Shown here: one piece after another, positions 1-10,796 of the stretch
Numbering within the stretch: the first letter of the stretch is position 1
How the letters are laid out: each line of letters begins with the position of its first letter
Source of the DNA: an uncultured Actinomycetota bacterium
GTDB lineage: Bacteria > Actinomycetota > Actinomycetes > Propionibacteriales > Nocardioidaceae
Direction of reading: 5' to 3'
NCBI GenBank assembly: GCA_963791105.1
Contig: CAWBRA010000008.1
Coordinates: 13,458 to 77,457 of the forward strand
Length of the DNA: 64,000 nt
Translations under genes and position numbers: made by a program
Notes under the pieces: model-generated
What the model saw: the letters and a program-made list of their open reading frames with translations, nothing else
Database searches by the model: none
What the model was told of the DNA's origin: nothing

Positions 1-3
1 TGG

Positions 4-2610
4 GTGCACGGCGGCGTGAAGTTCTACCGCGGCGCAGCGAAGGCTGCCCGGGCCTACGTCGAGCGCGATCGGTCCCGGGCCGATGACTACTACCTCGGCG
101 AAGGCACCGGCGTCGCCGAGCGACTCACCGCGACCCCGGCTGGCGTAGCGGGAGCCGGTTCGATGGACGGTGAAACCTATGAGCAGTGGGTCGCCGGGGT
201 CGACGTCGACACCGGCCGGAAGAAGGGCCGGGTCCGCGACGACGCGAACGCGCTGCGGTTCGTCGAGGTCACCGTCAACGGACCCAAGACCTGGTCACTG
301 GCCGCCGCGCTGCATCCAGACATCTCGGCCGCGCTGGACGCAGCCCAGGACAGGGCCGCCGCCGAGATCGTCGGCTGGGTGGCCCAGCACGCGACGACCC
401 GGGTGGGACCGCGCGGTCGCCAGGTGCAGGTACCGGTCGAGAAGATCGAGGCAGCCGTGATCCGGCACTACACCTCCCGTGCCGGGGACCCTCACCGTCA
501 TCTTCACCTGCAGATCAACGCCCGCGTGTTCGCCGCCGGCGCGTGGCGGGGTCTGCACTCGGTCGGGGTGCGCGACATGATCGAGGCCATCAACGGCATC
601 GGCCACGCAGCGGTCGCCACCGACCCGGAGTTCCGGGCGGTCCTCGCCGCACGAGGCTTCAGCCTGGACGCCGAGACCGGGGAGATCGAGCAGCTCGCGC
701 CGTACGCCGGGGCGTTCAGCGCTCGGACCAGTCAGATCCACCGCAACATCGACCGGTACGAAGCCGAGTGGCGGCGCGAGCATCCCGGCGAGGACCCGGG
801 GCCGCGGCTGCGCGAGGCGTGGGATCGACGGGCGTGGGCCGATGCGCGGCCGGACAAGGTCGTCCCCACCGACGGCGCGGACCTGGTCGCACGGTGGAAC
901 GCCGAGCTGCGCGACTTGGGCTACCGCGACCCAGCCGCCCCAGCCGTGCTCGAAGCGACCCAGGTGGGCTGGATCGACCGCGACGGTGCGGCGGACTGGG
1001 TGATCTCCCAGCTCGGGGCGAAGCGGTCGGCGTGGAACGCCGCCGACATCCGCGGCAAGGTCGAGGTTCTGCTGGCACAGGCCAACCTGGTGGCGGAGCC
1101 CGCGGCGCGCATCGAGCTCGCCGAGGACGTGACCGCCCGCGCCGCCGCACGCTGCGTTCGGCTGCTCGCCTCACCCGACGTGCCCGAACATGTCCGCTCG
1201 CTGACCTCCCAGCACGCGTTGGCGGTGGAAGCGGATCTCGTCCACCGCCTCGCTCGCCGGGCCGAGAAGCCCGCCCGACGGGTCCGGCTGCAAGGGCGAG
1301 GGCTGACGCGGATCGACCCCACCCAGGCCGCCGTCGTCGGCGCCCTGGCCGGGGACGGCCAGCTGGTGGTCGTGGAGGGCGCGGCCGGCGCAGGCAAGAC
1401 CACTGCGTTGAGGTCGGCGCAAGCCGTGTTGGCTCGGCAGGGACATCGGCTGCTTGTGGTGACGCCGACGTTGAAGGCGGCCGAGGTCGCCGCCGCGGAG
1501 ACCGGCGCCGAAGGGCACTCGGCCGCCTGGCTGATCCACAAGCACGGCTGGCGCTGGGACGACGAAGGGCACTGGGCACGGCGCCCCGACGCCACCCCCG
1601 ACCCGGCCGCCCGGCTGCGACCAGGAGACCTGCTGCTGGTCGATGAGGCGGGCATGCTGGACCAGGACACCGCCCGCGCGCTCCTGACGGTCGCCGACGA
1701 GGCCGGGGCGCGGGTCGCGCTGGTCGGTGACCGGCACCAGCTGCCAGCGGTCGGACGCGGTGGCGTCCTGGACCACGCCCTCGCGTGGGCCCACCCGACC
1801 GCGGTCGTGGCCCTGGAGAAGGTGCACCGGTTCACCGATCCCGGTTACGCCGCGCTCTCCCTGCGCATGCGCACCGGCGACGACCCTGCCGCCGTCTTCG
1901 ACGCGTTGCATCGTCGCAGGTCGATCGTCGTCCACCCCAGCGACAGCGAGCGCACCGCTGCCCTCGCCGAGGCGGGAGCGGCCGGCGACCTTGTCGTCGC
2001 TGACACCCGCGAGCACGTGGCCAGTCTCAACGCCGCGATCCGCGACCAGCGTCGCGCCGACCCCACCACAGGCGACCCGGCCGATTCGATGGTGACCGCT
2101 CGCGGCGAACGGATCGGGCTCGGGGACCGCGTCGCCACTCGCCGCAACGACGCCGACCTCGGGGTCGCCAACCGCCAGACCTGGACAGTCACCGGTATCG
2201 ACGAGGACGGCAACCTGCTTCTTCACGGCCACGGGCGCGATCGCGAGATCCCGGCGGAGTACGCCACCCGGTTCGTCGAGCTCGCCTACGCCACCACGGT
2301 CCACGGAGCCCAGGGCGAGACCGTCGACCATGCCTACGTCGCGATCGGCGACACGACCGGCGCCGCTGCGGCGTACGTCTCAATGACCCGCGGCCGCGAA
2401 CACAACACCGCCCACCTGGTGGCCGAGAGCGTCGAGGACGCCCGCAAACAGTGGATCGCGGTCTTCGGCCGCGACCGCGCCGACCTCGGCCCGGCACACG
2501 CCCGACGCCAAGCCATCGACGCGATCGATGCGTACGGCCCACGACACCGCGGACCGTTGCCGGAGCATCGACGGGCCATCACCGCCAGCGGCGTTGCACT
2601 TGGTCTGTGA
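4..2610 (+). CDS. MobF/TrwC-type conjugative relaxase fused to a RecD-like helicase
   Basis: N-terminus carries DDYYLGEG (Tyr pair) and the His cluster DPHRHLHLQIN. Mid-region has the P-loop GAAGAGKTTAL. C-terminus has the UvrD_C-like TTVHGAQGETVDHAYV. GTG start at position 4, so the true start could lie upstream of the window. Confidence 0.85.
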   Translation: MHGGVKFYRGAAKAARAYVERDRSRADDYYLGEGTGVAERLTATPAGVAGAGSMDGETYEQWVAGVDVDTGRKKGRVRDDANALRFVEVTVNGPKTWSLAAALHPDISAALDAAQDRAAAEIVGWVAQHATTRVGPRGRQVQVPVEKIEAAVIRHYTSRAGDPHRHLHLQINARVFAAGAWRGLHSVGVRDMIEAINGIGHAAVATDPEFRAVLAARGFSLDAETGEIEQLAPYAGAFSARTSQIHRNIDRYEAEWRREHPGEDPGPRLREAWDRRAWADARPDKVVPTDGADLVARWNAELRDLGYRDPAAPAVLEATQVGWIDRDGAADWVISQLGAKRSAWNAADIRGKVEVLLAQANLVAEPAARIELAEDVTARAAARCVRLLASPDVPEHVRSLTSQHALAVEADLVHRLARRAEKPARRVRLQGRGLTRIDPTQAAVVGALAGDGQLVVVEGAAGAGKTTALRSAQAVLARQGHRLLVVTPTLKAAEVAAAETGAEGHSAAWLIHKHGWRWDDEGHWARRPDATPDPAARLRPGDLLLVDEAGMLDQDTARALLTVADEAGARVALVGDRHQLPAVGRGGVLDHALAWAHPTAVVALEKVHRFTDPGYAALSLRMRTGDDPAAVFDALHRRRSIVVHPSDSERTAALAEAGAAGDLVVADTREHVASLNAAIRDQRRADPTTGDPADSMVTARGERIGLGDRVATRRNDADLGVANRQTWTVTGIDEDGNLLLHGHGRDREIPAEYATRFVELAYATTVHGAQGETVDHAYVAIGDTTGAAAAYVSMTRGREHNTAHLVAESVEDARKQWIAVFGRDRADLGPAHARRQAIDAIDAYGPRHRGPLPEHRRAITASGVALGL

Positions 2611-3265
2611 GCGGGGCCGGGCCTTCGTGGGCACCGGCCAGCCTCATGCCCATCTCCGCGGCCAATCTCGCAGAGTAGCCGCCCGGATCCAGCGGTCGGC
2701 TGCGCTTCGAGCCGGCGCCCATGGCCGCGTCGATCAGCGGTTGCCATGCAGCCCGGATGACCTCGGGAAGCTCCATGCTCGGCCAGGCTTCCACCAACAG
2801 CGCCCCATCCACGGCGTTGAGCAAGACCTCTTCGACGCCGTGGCGAAGCGCCAGCTCGTAGAACTCGATGCGGTCGTCGAGCACGGAGAGATCCCATACG
2901 TCGTAGCCCACGATCGCGCGGAAGTAGAACACCGTCACGCGTGCGTAGCACGTCGGGATCGGCACCTGCCAGAGCCGATCCGGCACCAGGTACCCGCCCG
3001 CGTCTGGGTCCTCCAGGTAGTCGAAAGCGACCAGCGGCTTGACTGCGAGTTCATGGTCAGCCGCAGCGACAAGCCGCTCGACCACCTCTAGGGTCGGGGA
3101 CTTGCGGCGCGCCTCGTACTCCGAGACCGAGGACTGCTGGGTCCTTGCCCACTCCGCCAGCTGGCGCTGGGAGAGACCCGCTGCCTTGCGGGCAATTTCG
3201 ATCACCGTCTTCGACTCCACCACCCGCATATTATCGCTGATCATCGATAGGCAGGGGCTGTCCAC
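2579..3265 (-). CDS. XRE-family helix-turn-helix protein with an uncharacterised C-terminal domain
   Basis: N-terminal LSQRQLAEWARTQQSSVSEYEARRKSPTLEVVERL is a classic HTH_3 pattern. Alternative ATG starts at 3244 and 3229. The 3' end overlaps the relaxase 3' end by 32 bp (convergent). Confidence 0.7.
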   Translation of the reverse strand: MDSPCLSMISDNMRVVESKTVIEIARKAAGLSQRQLAEWARTQQSSVSEYEARRKSPTLEVVERLVAAADHELAVKPLVAFDYLEDPDAGGYLVPDRLWQVPIPTCYARVTVFYFRAIVGYDVWDLSVLDDRIEFYELALRHGVEEVLLNAVDGALLVEAWPSMELPEVIRAAWQPLIDAAMGAGSKRSRPLDPGGYSARLAAEMGMRLAGAHEGPAPLTDQVQRRWR

Positions 3266-3322
3266 CTACTGGGTGAGGTCGGGAAACGCCTGACCACGTC
3301 GAATCCAGAAGGAGCACCAACG

Positions 3323-3566
3323 ATGACCGCATCACCGATCGACCCCGCCGACGACCGCCGCCCGGCCAGGAACCCCGGCGACGAGATGCTCAGCCTCCAG
3401 GAAGCCTGCGCGCTTCCTCCGCGTCCCCGAGGGCACCCTGCGCTACTGGCGCCACCTCGGCAGTGGGCCCCGCAGCTTCAAGGTCGGCCGCCACGTCCGC
3501 TACTGGCGAGCCGACCTCATCCTCTGGCTCACCGAGCAGACCAACCGTCCCCAGAACCACCGCTGA
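3323..3566 (+). pseudogene. xis: Excisionase-family (MerR-like HTH_17) gene, frameshifted
   Basis: AGGAG RBS then ATG 3323 gives MTASPIDPADDRRPARNPGDEMLSLQEACA in one frame. The conserved FLRVPEGTLRYWRHLGSGPRSFKVGRHVRYWRADLILWLTEQTNRPQNHR-stop continues in another frame (stop 3564-3566), and that frame has no start codon of its own. A one-base indel near 3405-3413 explains it. Confidence 0.7.
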
Positions 3567-3624
3567 CCCTGCCCACCGTCGGATCTCAGAGAGACGATGG
3601 AGCGATCCTGGAAGGAGCATCACC

Positions 3625-4723
3625 ATGGCGGGAAACATCGCCAAGCGAGCCAACGGAAAATGGCGGGCGCGGTATCGCGACGACGCCGGTAACGAACGCG
3701 CTAGGCACTTCGACCGCAAGATCGATGCGCAGCAGTGGCTGGACCAGGTCACCTCGGCCGTGGTGACCGGCACGTACGCCGATCCCAAGGCCGGCCGGAT
3801 CACCTTCGCGGCGTACTTCGGCGAGTGGTCGGCCCGCCAGGTCTGGGCACCCGGCACCGTGCTCGCGATGTCGCTGGCGGCGAGATCCGTGCCGTTCGCG
3901 GGGAAGCCGATGAAGCAGGTCCGGCGATCGGACGTCGAGACCTGGATCAAGCAGATGAACGCCGCCGGGCTTGCCCCCGGCACGATCAAGACGCGGTACG
4001 TCAACGTCAGGTCGGTGTTCCGCGCCGCCGTGAAGGACAGGGTGATCGGCTCCGACCCGACCGACGGCGTACGCCTCCCCCGCGGCCGTCGCGCGGACGT
4101 GGCCATGTCGATCCCCGCTCCGGAGGAGGTGGGGCAGCTCATGGCCGTGGCCGACGAGCGGTTCCAGCCGTTCATCGCCCTCTGCGCTTTCGCCGGCCTG
4201 CGGCTCGGCGAGGCCGCCGGGGTCCAGCTCGGCGACGTGGACTTCCTCCGCAGGTCGCTGAAGGTGTCCCGCCAGGTCCAGCGCGTCAACGGCGGGGAGA
4301 TCGACGTGCGAGCGCCGAAGTACGGCTCCGAGCGCGTCGTCTACCTCGCCGACAGCCTCGTCAACGTGCTCGCCGACCACGTCACGCGCCCACGGCACGA
4401 CCGGCAAGGATCGGTGGCTCTTCGCCGGGGAGGGCGACGACCCACCGCACCAGAACACCGTCGGCTACTGGTGGCGCAAGACGCTGCGCGACGCCGGCCT
4501 CTCCGGCATCAAGCTCCACGACCTGCGGCACTTCTACGCCTCCGGGCTCATCGCCGCCGGGTGCGACGTCGTGACCGTCCAGCGCTCGCTCGGTCACGCG
4601 AAGGCGACCACAACCCTCAACACCTACGCCCATCTCTGGCCGACTGCCGAGGACCGGACGAGGAAGGCGGCGGAGTCGATCATGGCCGCGTCGCTCGGAC
4701 CTCGCGGAGTAGGCGCGCGTTGA
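3625..4723 (+). pseudogene. int: Tyrosine recombinase/integrase, frameshifted
   Basis: GGAAGGAG RBS plus ATG 3625. The N-terminal SAM-like and core-binding part (MAGNIAKRANGKWRARYRDDAGNERARHF...) is in one frame up to about 4388. The catalytic C-terminus (GKDRWLFAGEGDDPPHQNTVGYWW...IKLHDLRHFYASGLIAAG...LGHAKATTTLNTYAHLW, stop 4721-4723) is in the +1 frame. The junction is at cgcgcccacgg, about 4386-4392. Confidence 0.8.
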
Positions 4724-4740
4724 GGGGACCTGTCCCCTCC
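4723..4740. terminator. GC hairpin between convergent int and cargo cassette
   Basis: GAGGGGAC-ct-GTCCCCTC inverted repeat overlapping the int stop codon. No U-tract. Confidence 0.4.
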
Positions 4741-4801
4741 CCACCAAGTGTGAGCATCTGCACGACCCCTCACGCTCAGTGCGGCATCCGCTGTGCGCGG
4801 C

Positions 4802-5458
4802 TCACGTGGCCGCCGGGCTTTCGGGAAGCCTCATCCGACCCGAGAGCGGGTCGTCAACGCGCCAACGTCGATAGGTCGCAGGCAGGTCGCCCTGGGGCGG
4901 CAGGTGCGCCATGAGCGCTTCGGCGTTGGGAATCGTCGCAAGGACGGCCGCGAGCAGGTCCACCGCCTCGGTCAGGTGCATCGCCAGGTCGGCGGCAAGC
5001 ACGCTGGGGTGGGACGCGCCCGTGTGGTTGGGCAGGAGCCAGCGCGCCGACGGGTTGGGGTGCCCACCCCACGCGCAGTGCTGCTTGTACTCACTGGGCG
5101 TGAAGCCGCTCGCCTGCCTCATCTGGCTCGGGCGAAACGACTTCTCGATTCGGTTGGTCGAAGCTCCGAGCCACCGCTGGCGCTGCGCCGCGTCGTCGCG
5201 GAACACAGCCATCAGGTAGTGCGCTTCAACGACCTGGCGAGTCAGCGCGGTGGCCGCGTACCAGCGCTCGCGGTCGAAAGCATCCGCGGCTTCTTGGCCG
5301 AGCTGCCCAACCATCTGCGTGACGAGGGCAACCGCCTCGGTGTCGCGGTCCTTCGTTGCCCAGGCGCTCACCCAGAGGCTGTCCCCCGCACCTGCCAGCC
5401 AGTCGGAAGCCAGGTGGCAGACGGCCGAGCGAGCCGCTCGAAGGTCACTCTCGCTCAC
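4802..5458 (-). CDS. Hypothetical protein, 218 aa (cassette gene 2)
   Basis: GTG start overlaps the stop of the upstream gene (GTGA at 5455-5458). The protein is non-repetitive and soluble-looking, with the segment HCAWGGHPNP. I recognise no family. Confidence 0.6.
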   Translation of the reverse strand: MSESDLRAARSAVCHLASDWLAGAGDSLWVSAWATKDRDTEAVALVTQMVGQLGQEAADAFDRERWYAATALTRQVVEAHYLMAVFRDDAAQRQRWLGASTNRIEKSFRPSQMRQASGFTPSEYKQHCAWGGHPNPSARWLLPNHTGASHPSVLAADLAMHLTEAVDLLAAVLATIPNAEALMAHLPPQGDLPATYRRWRVDDPLSGRMRLPESPAAT

Positions 5459-5949
5459 GCCCCGGCACCCTCAAAGCGCTCGAAGAACCAGCCTGCCTGA
5501 TCGGGCACGATCACAGCCAGCTCCTCCGACACATCCAGGTCGTACTGAGCGGCCAGGTCACCCACCTGGACGCCCACAAGACCACGCAGCCTTCCCAGGG
5601 CCATCGAAAGTGGGTCAGTACCCATCGGCCTCCAGTTGCGGTCCCAGTCACCGCCGGCCGGGCCGACCTCACCCATGAAGTCACGAAATAGGCGCTGGAG
5701 CAGTTGGACCCGGCGAGCCAGTTCGGTGCCGATCTCAGGATTGTCCAAGTGGACGGCAAGCTGCTTGCGGACGTGGTCGGCCGACATCACGCAGTGCTCC
5801 TCGATTTCCATCGAGAAGTCCTTCCACAACATCCGCCGATCCGCCAGAAGGTTCAGAACCCGGCGAGCTATTTCACGGTCGTCGTCCTTGCGTTCCCACT
5901 GCGCGCCGCCGAAGGGACTGGAACCTCCTGTAAGCCGGTATCTCGCCAC
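5455..5949 (-). CDS. Hypothetical protein, 164 aa (cassette gene 1)
   Basis: GTG start at 5949, with no strong SD upstream. Well-behaved composition (REIARRVLNLLADRRMLWKDFSMEIEEHCVMSADHVRKQL...). I recognise no family with confidence. Confidence 0.6.
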   Translation of the reverse strand: MARYRLTGGSSPFGGAQWERKDDDREIARRVLNLLADRRMLWKDFSMEIEEHCVMSADHVRKQLAVHLDNPEIGTELARRVQLLQRLFRDFMGEVGPAGGDWDRNWRPMGTDPLSMALGRLRGLVGVQVGDLAAQYDLDVSEELAVIVPDQAGWFFERFEGAGA

Positions 5950-6238
5950 CGCACCATCGTCGCAGAATCTGCGTGCCAGCGAGGAGCGACCTCAGCCTGA
6001 CGAAGTCACTGTTCGCAGTTATCCAACGTGCGTGGCAGCCTTCCGTGCGCCTTGGCGGTTCACGCCTCCAGCTGCCCTGAGGAAGCACCCGATTCGGACC
6101 TACGAAGCTGCTGTGACTCACCCTCGAGGACCGAACTGCGCACAGACCTCGACCCCCCAAGGAGCCGTTCCGACGACCAAGACGCTGGGTCATCGAGGCA
6201 TGCGGTACTGAATTTCTTGCGGACTCTGTGCGGACTGG

Positions 6239-6257
6239 GAGGGGTCTACACCCCCTC
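6239..6257 (-). terminator. Hairpin downstream of ychF
   Basis: GAGGGG-N7-CCCCTC about 22 nt after the ychF stop on the minus strand. No U-tract. Confidence 0.35.
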
Positions 6258-6279
6258 TGACCTGCGCAAACGCGCCGGT

Positions 6280-7356
6280 TCACACGTTGAAGCGGAACTC
6301 CACCACGTCGCCGTCGGCCATCACGTAGTCCTTGCCCTCAATACGGACCTTGCCGGCCGACTTGGCCGTGGCCATCGAGCCAGCGGCGACGAGGTCGTCG
6401 AAGGAGACGATCTCGGCCTTGATGAAGCCCTTCTGGAAGTCGGTGTGAATGACACCGGCGGCCTCGGGGGCGGTGGCGCCCTTCTTGATCGTCCAGGCGC
6501 GAGCCTCCTTGGGCCCCGCGGTCAGGTAGGTCTGCAGGCCGAGGGTGTCGAAGCCGACGCGGGCGAGCATGTCCAGCCCGGGCTCCTCCACGCCCATCTC
6601 GGCGAGCATCTCGCGGGCCTCCGCCTCGTCGTCGAGCTCGACCAGCTCGGACTCGAACTTGGCGTCCAGGAAGATCGCCTCGGCCGGCGCCACGATCTCG
6701 CGCATCTGCTTCTTCAGGGCCTCGTCGGCGAGCTCCTCGGCGTCGCAGTTGAACACGTAGATGTAGGGCTTGGAGGTCAGCAGCGAGAGCTCGCGGACCA
6801 GGTCCCGGTCGATCTTGGTGGAGATGATCGGGGTGCCGGCCTCCAGGGCCTCCTTGGCCTCACGCGCGGCGTCGAGGTTCGCGGTGATCGCCTTGTTGCC
6901 GCGTGCCTCCTTCTCCAGCCGCGGGATCGCCTTGTCCACCGTCTGCAGGTCGGCCAGGATCATCTCGGTCTGGATCGTCGAGATGTCGGACTCGGGGTTC
7001 ACCTCGCCGTCGACGTGGGTGACGTCCTCGTCGCGGAACACCCGGGTCACCTGGCAGATCGCCGAGGACTCGCGGATGTGCGAGAGGAACTTGTTGCCCA
7101 GACCCTCCCCCTGGGAGGCGCCGGCGACGATGCCGGCGATGTCGACGAACTCGACCGAGGCCGGGAGGATCTTGGCCGAGCCGAAGATCTCGGCCAGCTT
7201 GCCGAGCCGCGCGTCCGGCACGCCCACCACGCCCACATTGGGCTCGATGGTGGCGAACGGGTAGTTCGCCGCCAGCACGTTGTTCTTGGTCAGCGCGTTG
7301 AAGAGCGTCGACTTGCCCGCATTGGGGAGACCGACGATTCCGATGGTGAGTGCCAC
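6280..7356 (-). CDS. ychF: Redox-regulated ribosome-binding ATPase YchF
   Basis: LTIGIVGLPNAGKSTLFNALT P-loop and a TGS-type C-terminus ...KDYVMADGDVVEFRFNV. GTG at 7356 is preferred over the ORF-track start at 7392. Confidence 0.9.
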   Translation of the reverse strand: MALTIGIVGLPNAGKSTLFNALTKNNVLAANYPFATIEPNVGVVGVPDARLGKLAEIFGSAKILPASVEFVDIAGIVAGASQGEGLGNKFLSHIRESSAICQVTRVFRDEDVTHVDGEVNPESDISTIQTEMILADLQTVDKAIPRLEKEARGNKAITANLDAAREAKEALEAGTPIISTKIDRDLVRELSLLTSKPYIYVFNCDAEELADEALKKQMREIVAPAEAIFLDAKFESELVELDDEAEAREMLAEMGVEEPGLDMLARVGFDTLGLQTYLTAGPKEARAWTIKKGATAPEAAGVIHTDFQKGFIKAEIVSFDDLVAAGSMATAKSAGKVRIEGKDYVMADGDVVEFRFNV

Positions 7357-7545
7357 GGGCGGCGAGTCTACGGGCGGTGAGCCCACAGCCACGAATCCAA
7401 GAAGTCACTGAGCGCTGTGTACGTTCGAGTGTGACGCCCACCACAGTGGGTAGTGAACCGAGAACGATCCCCGACCACGCATCTCGCGTTGCTCGAACAG
7501 CCCGCTCGAGCCCGGCATGACCAAACACGACGCCTGGAGGCACCC

Positions 7546-9044
<1,499 letters not shown>

Positions 9045-9048
<4 letters not shown>

Positions 9049-10796
9049 GCCCAGCCAGCACCGCGACCACCACCAAGGGGCAGGCCGACACCCGGGTCGA
9101 GGAGGCCGAGGCGAGCGCGGAGCTCGCCAGCAACGAGCTCTCGGCACCACTCGACCTCCTGCTCGCCGACGCCTCCAGCAGCCCGCTGCGCAGGTTCCTG
9201 CCGGGCATGTCCGGCGTCCGGTTCGGCGCGGCCCTGGTCCGGCGACCCGGACGGGTCGCGGGACGCACGCTCGGGCTCGCCTCGGAGCTGGCGAAGGTGG
9301 GCATCGGCCGCTCCGAGCTGGGGCCGCACGAGAAGGACAGGCGGTTCACCGACGAGGCGTGGGCCAAGAACCCGCTGTTCAAGCGGACGTTGCAGTCCTA
9401 CCTCGCCGTCGGGGAGTCCCTGCGCGGGCTCCTCCAGGACGCCGACCTCGACTGGGGCGACAACCAGCGCATGGGCTTCATCGTGGACAACCTCGTCGAG
9501 GCGGCTGCACCGAGCAACAACCCGGCCCTGAACCCCAGGGTCCTCAAGCGGATGCTGGACACCGGTGGGGGCAACCTGCTCGCGGGCGGGCGACGCTTCA
9601 TCCGGGACTTCGCCACCGCTCCGAGGGTGCCGTCGATGGTCGAGCCGGACGCCTTCGAGGTGGGCACGGATCTCGCGGTCACCCCCGGCGAGGTGGTGCT
9701 GCGCACCGACGTCTTCGAGCTGATCCAGTACACCCCACAGACGACCAAGGTCCGCTCGGTGCCGCTGCTCATCGTTCCGCCGACGATCAACAAGTACTAC
9801 GTGATCGACCTCGCCGAGCAGCGCAGCCTCGTCGAGCACCTCGTCGCGAACGGCCAGCAGGTGTTCTGCATCTCCTGGCGCAACCCGGACGCCCGGCACG
9901 CCGACTGGGGCCTGGACACCTACGGCCAGGCCATCCTCGACGCAATGACCGCCACCGAGAAGATCTCCCGCCAGGACAAGGTGGCGATGCTCGGCATCTG
10001 CTCCGGCGGCATGATCGCCTCCATGGTGCTCGCGCACCTCGCGGCGATCGGCGAGCTCGACCGGGTGGCGGCGTACAGCCTGGCGGTGACCGTGCTCGAC
10101 CAGAACCAGGCGGGCCTGCCCAACGCGCTGCTCTCGCACAAGGCAGCGGCCGCCTCGACGCGAGCGTCCGCCGAGAAGGGGTACCTCGACGGCCGCGTGC
10201 TCGCCGAGGTGTTCGCGTGGCTGCGCCCGAACGACCTGATCTGGAACTACTGGGTCAACAACTACCTGCTCGGCTATCCCCCCAAGGCGTTCGACATCCT
10301 CTACTGGAACGCCGACCCGGTGCGGATGTCGGCGGCGATGCACCGCGACTTCATGGATCTCGCGATCCGCAACGCGCTCGTGGAGCCCGGCGAGTCGAGG
10401 ATGCTCGGTTCCGAGGTCGACCTCGGCAAGATCGACGTGGACACCTACGTGGTGGCCGGGATCGCGGACCACCTGTGCAAGTGGGAGTCCTGCTACGCCA
10501 CCACGCAGCTGTTCGGCGGCGAGTGCAAGTTCGTGCTGTCCACCAGCGGGCACATCGCCGCGATGGTGAACCCCCCGGGCAACCCCAAGGCCAGCTTCCA
10601 GACGGCCCCCGAGAACCCCGCCGAGGCGCACGAGTGGCTCGCGGGTGCCTCCAAGGTCAGGGGCAGCTGGTGGGAGGACTACGTCACCTGGCTGGCGGAG
10701 CGCACCGGGCCGGAGCGCAACAAGCCCCGCCGGCTCGGTTCCGCGGCGTACGAGCCGGTCTGTGAGGCCCCGGGCACGTATGTCCATGACCGCTGA
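9045..10796 (+). CDS. phaC: Poly(R)-hydroxyalkanoate synthase, class I/II-like PhaC
   Basis: [17 protein letters not shown], the lipase-box-like GICSGG with catalytic Cys, WRNPD, and about 583 aa. The GTG start overlaps the fadD stop (GTGA). Confidence 0.85.

Larger units (their letters stand above)
1..5949. mobile_element. Partial integrative mobilisable/conjugative element (integrase-proximal end; left part lies outside the window)
   Basis: Contiguous relaxase-helicase, XRE regulator, excisionase-like and tyrosine-integrase genes, followed by a two-gene cargo cassette. The first clear housekeeping gene (ychF) starts after a 330-bp gap. The right boundary is not defined by any att repeat I could see. 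Confidence 0.55.

Noticed and set aside
3463-4914. 483-aa ORF in the track that looks like one long integrase
   Set aside because: It is a composite. It starts upstream in a non-coding frame, carries the genuine integrase N-terminus from 3625, then after about 4388 reads Arg/Pro-rich nonsense past the true stop. The catalytic domain is in the +1 frame ending at 4723.
4724-6279. Expected tRNA gene or att core next to the integrase
   Set aside because: Reading both strands, I found no cloverleaf-compatible sequence or GGTTCGAATCC-type T-arm. The partner att copy would lie outside the window, so nothing can be asserted.
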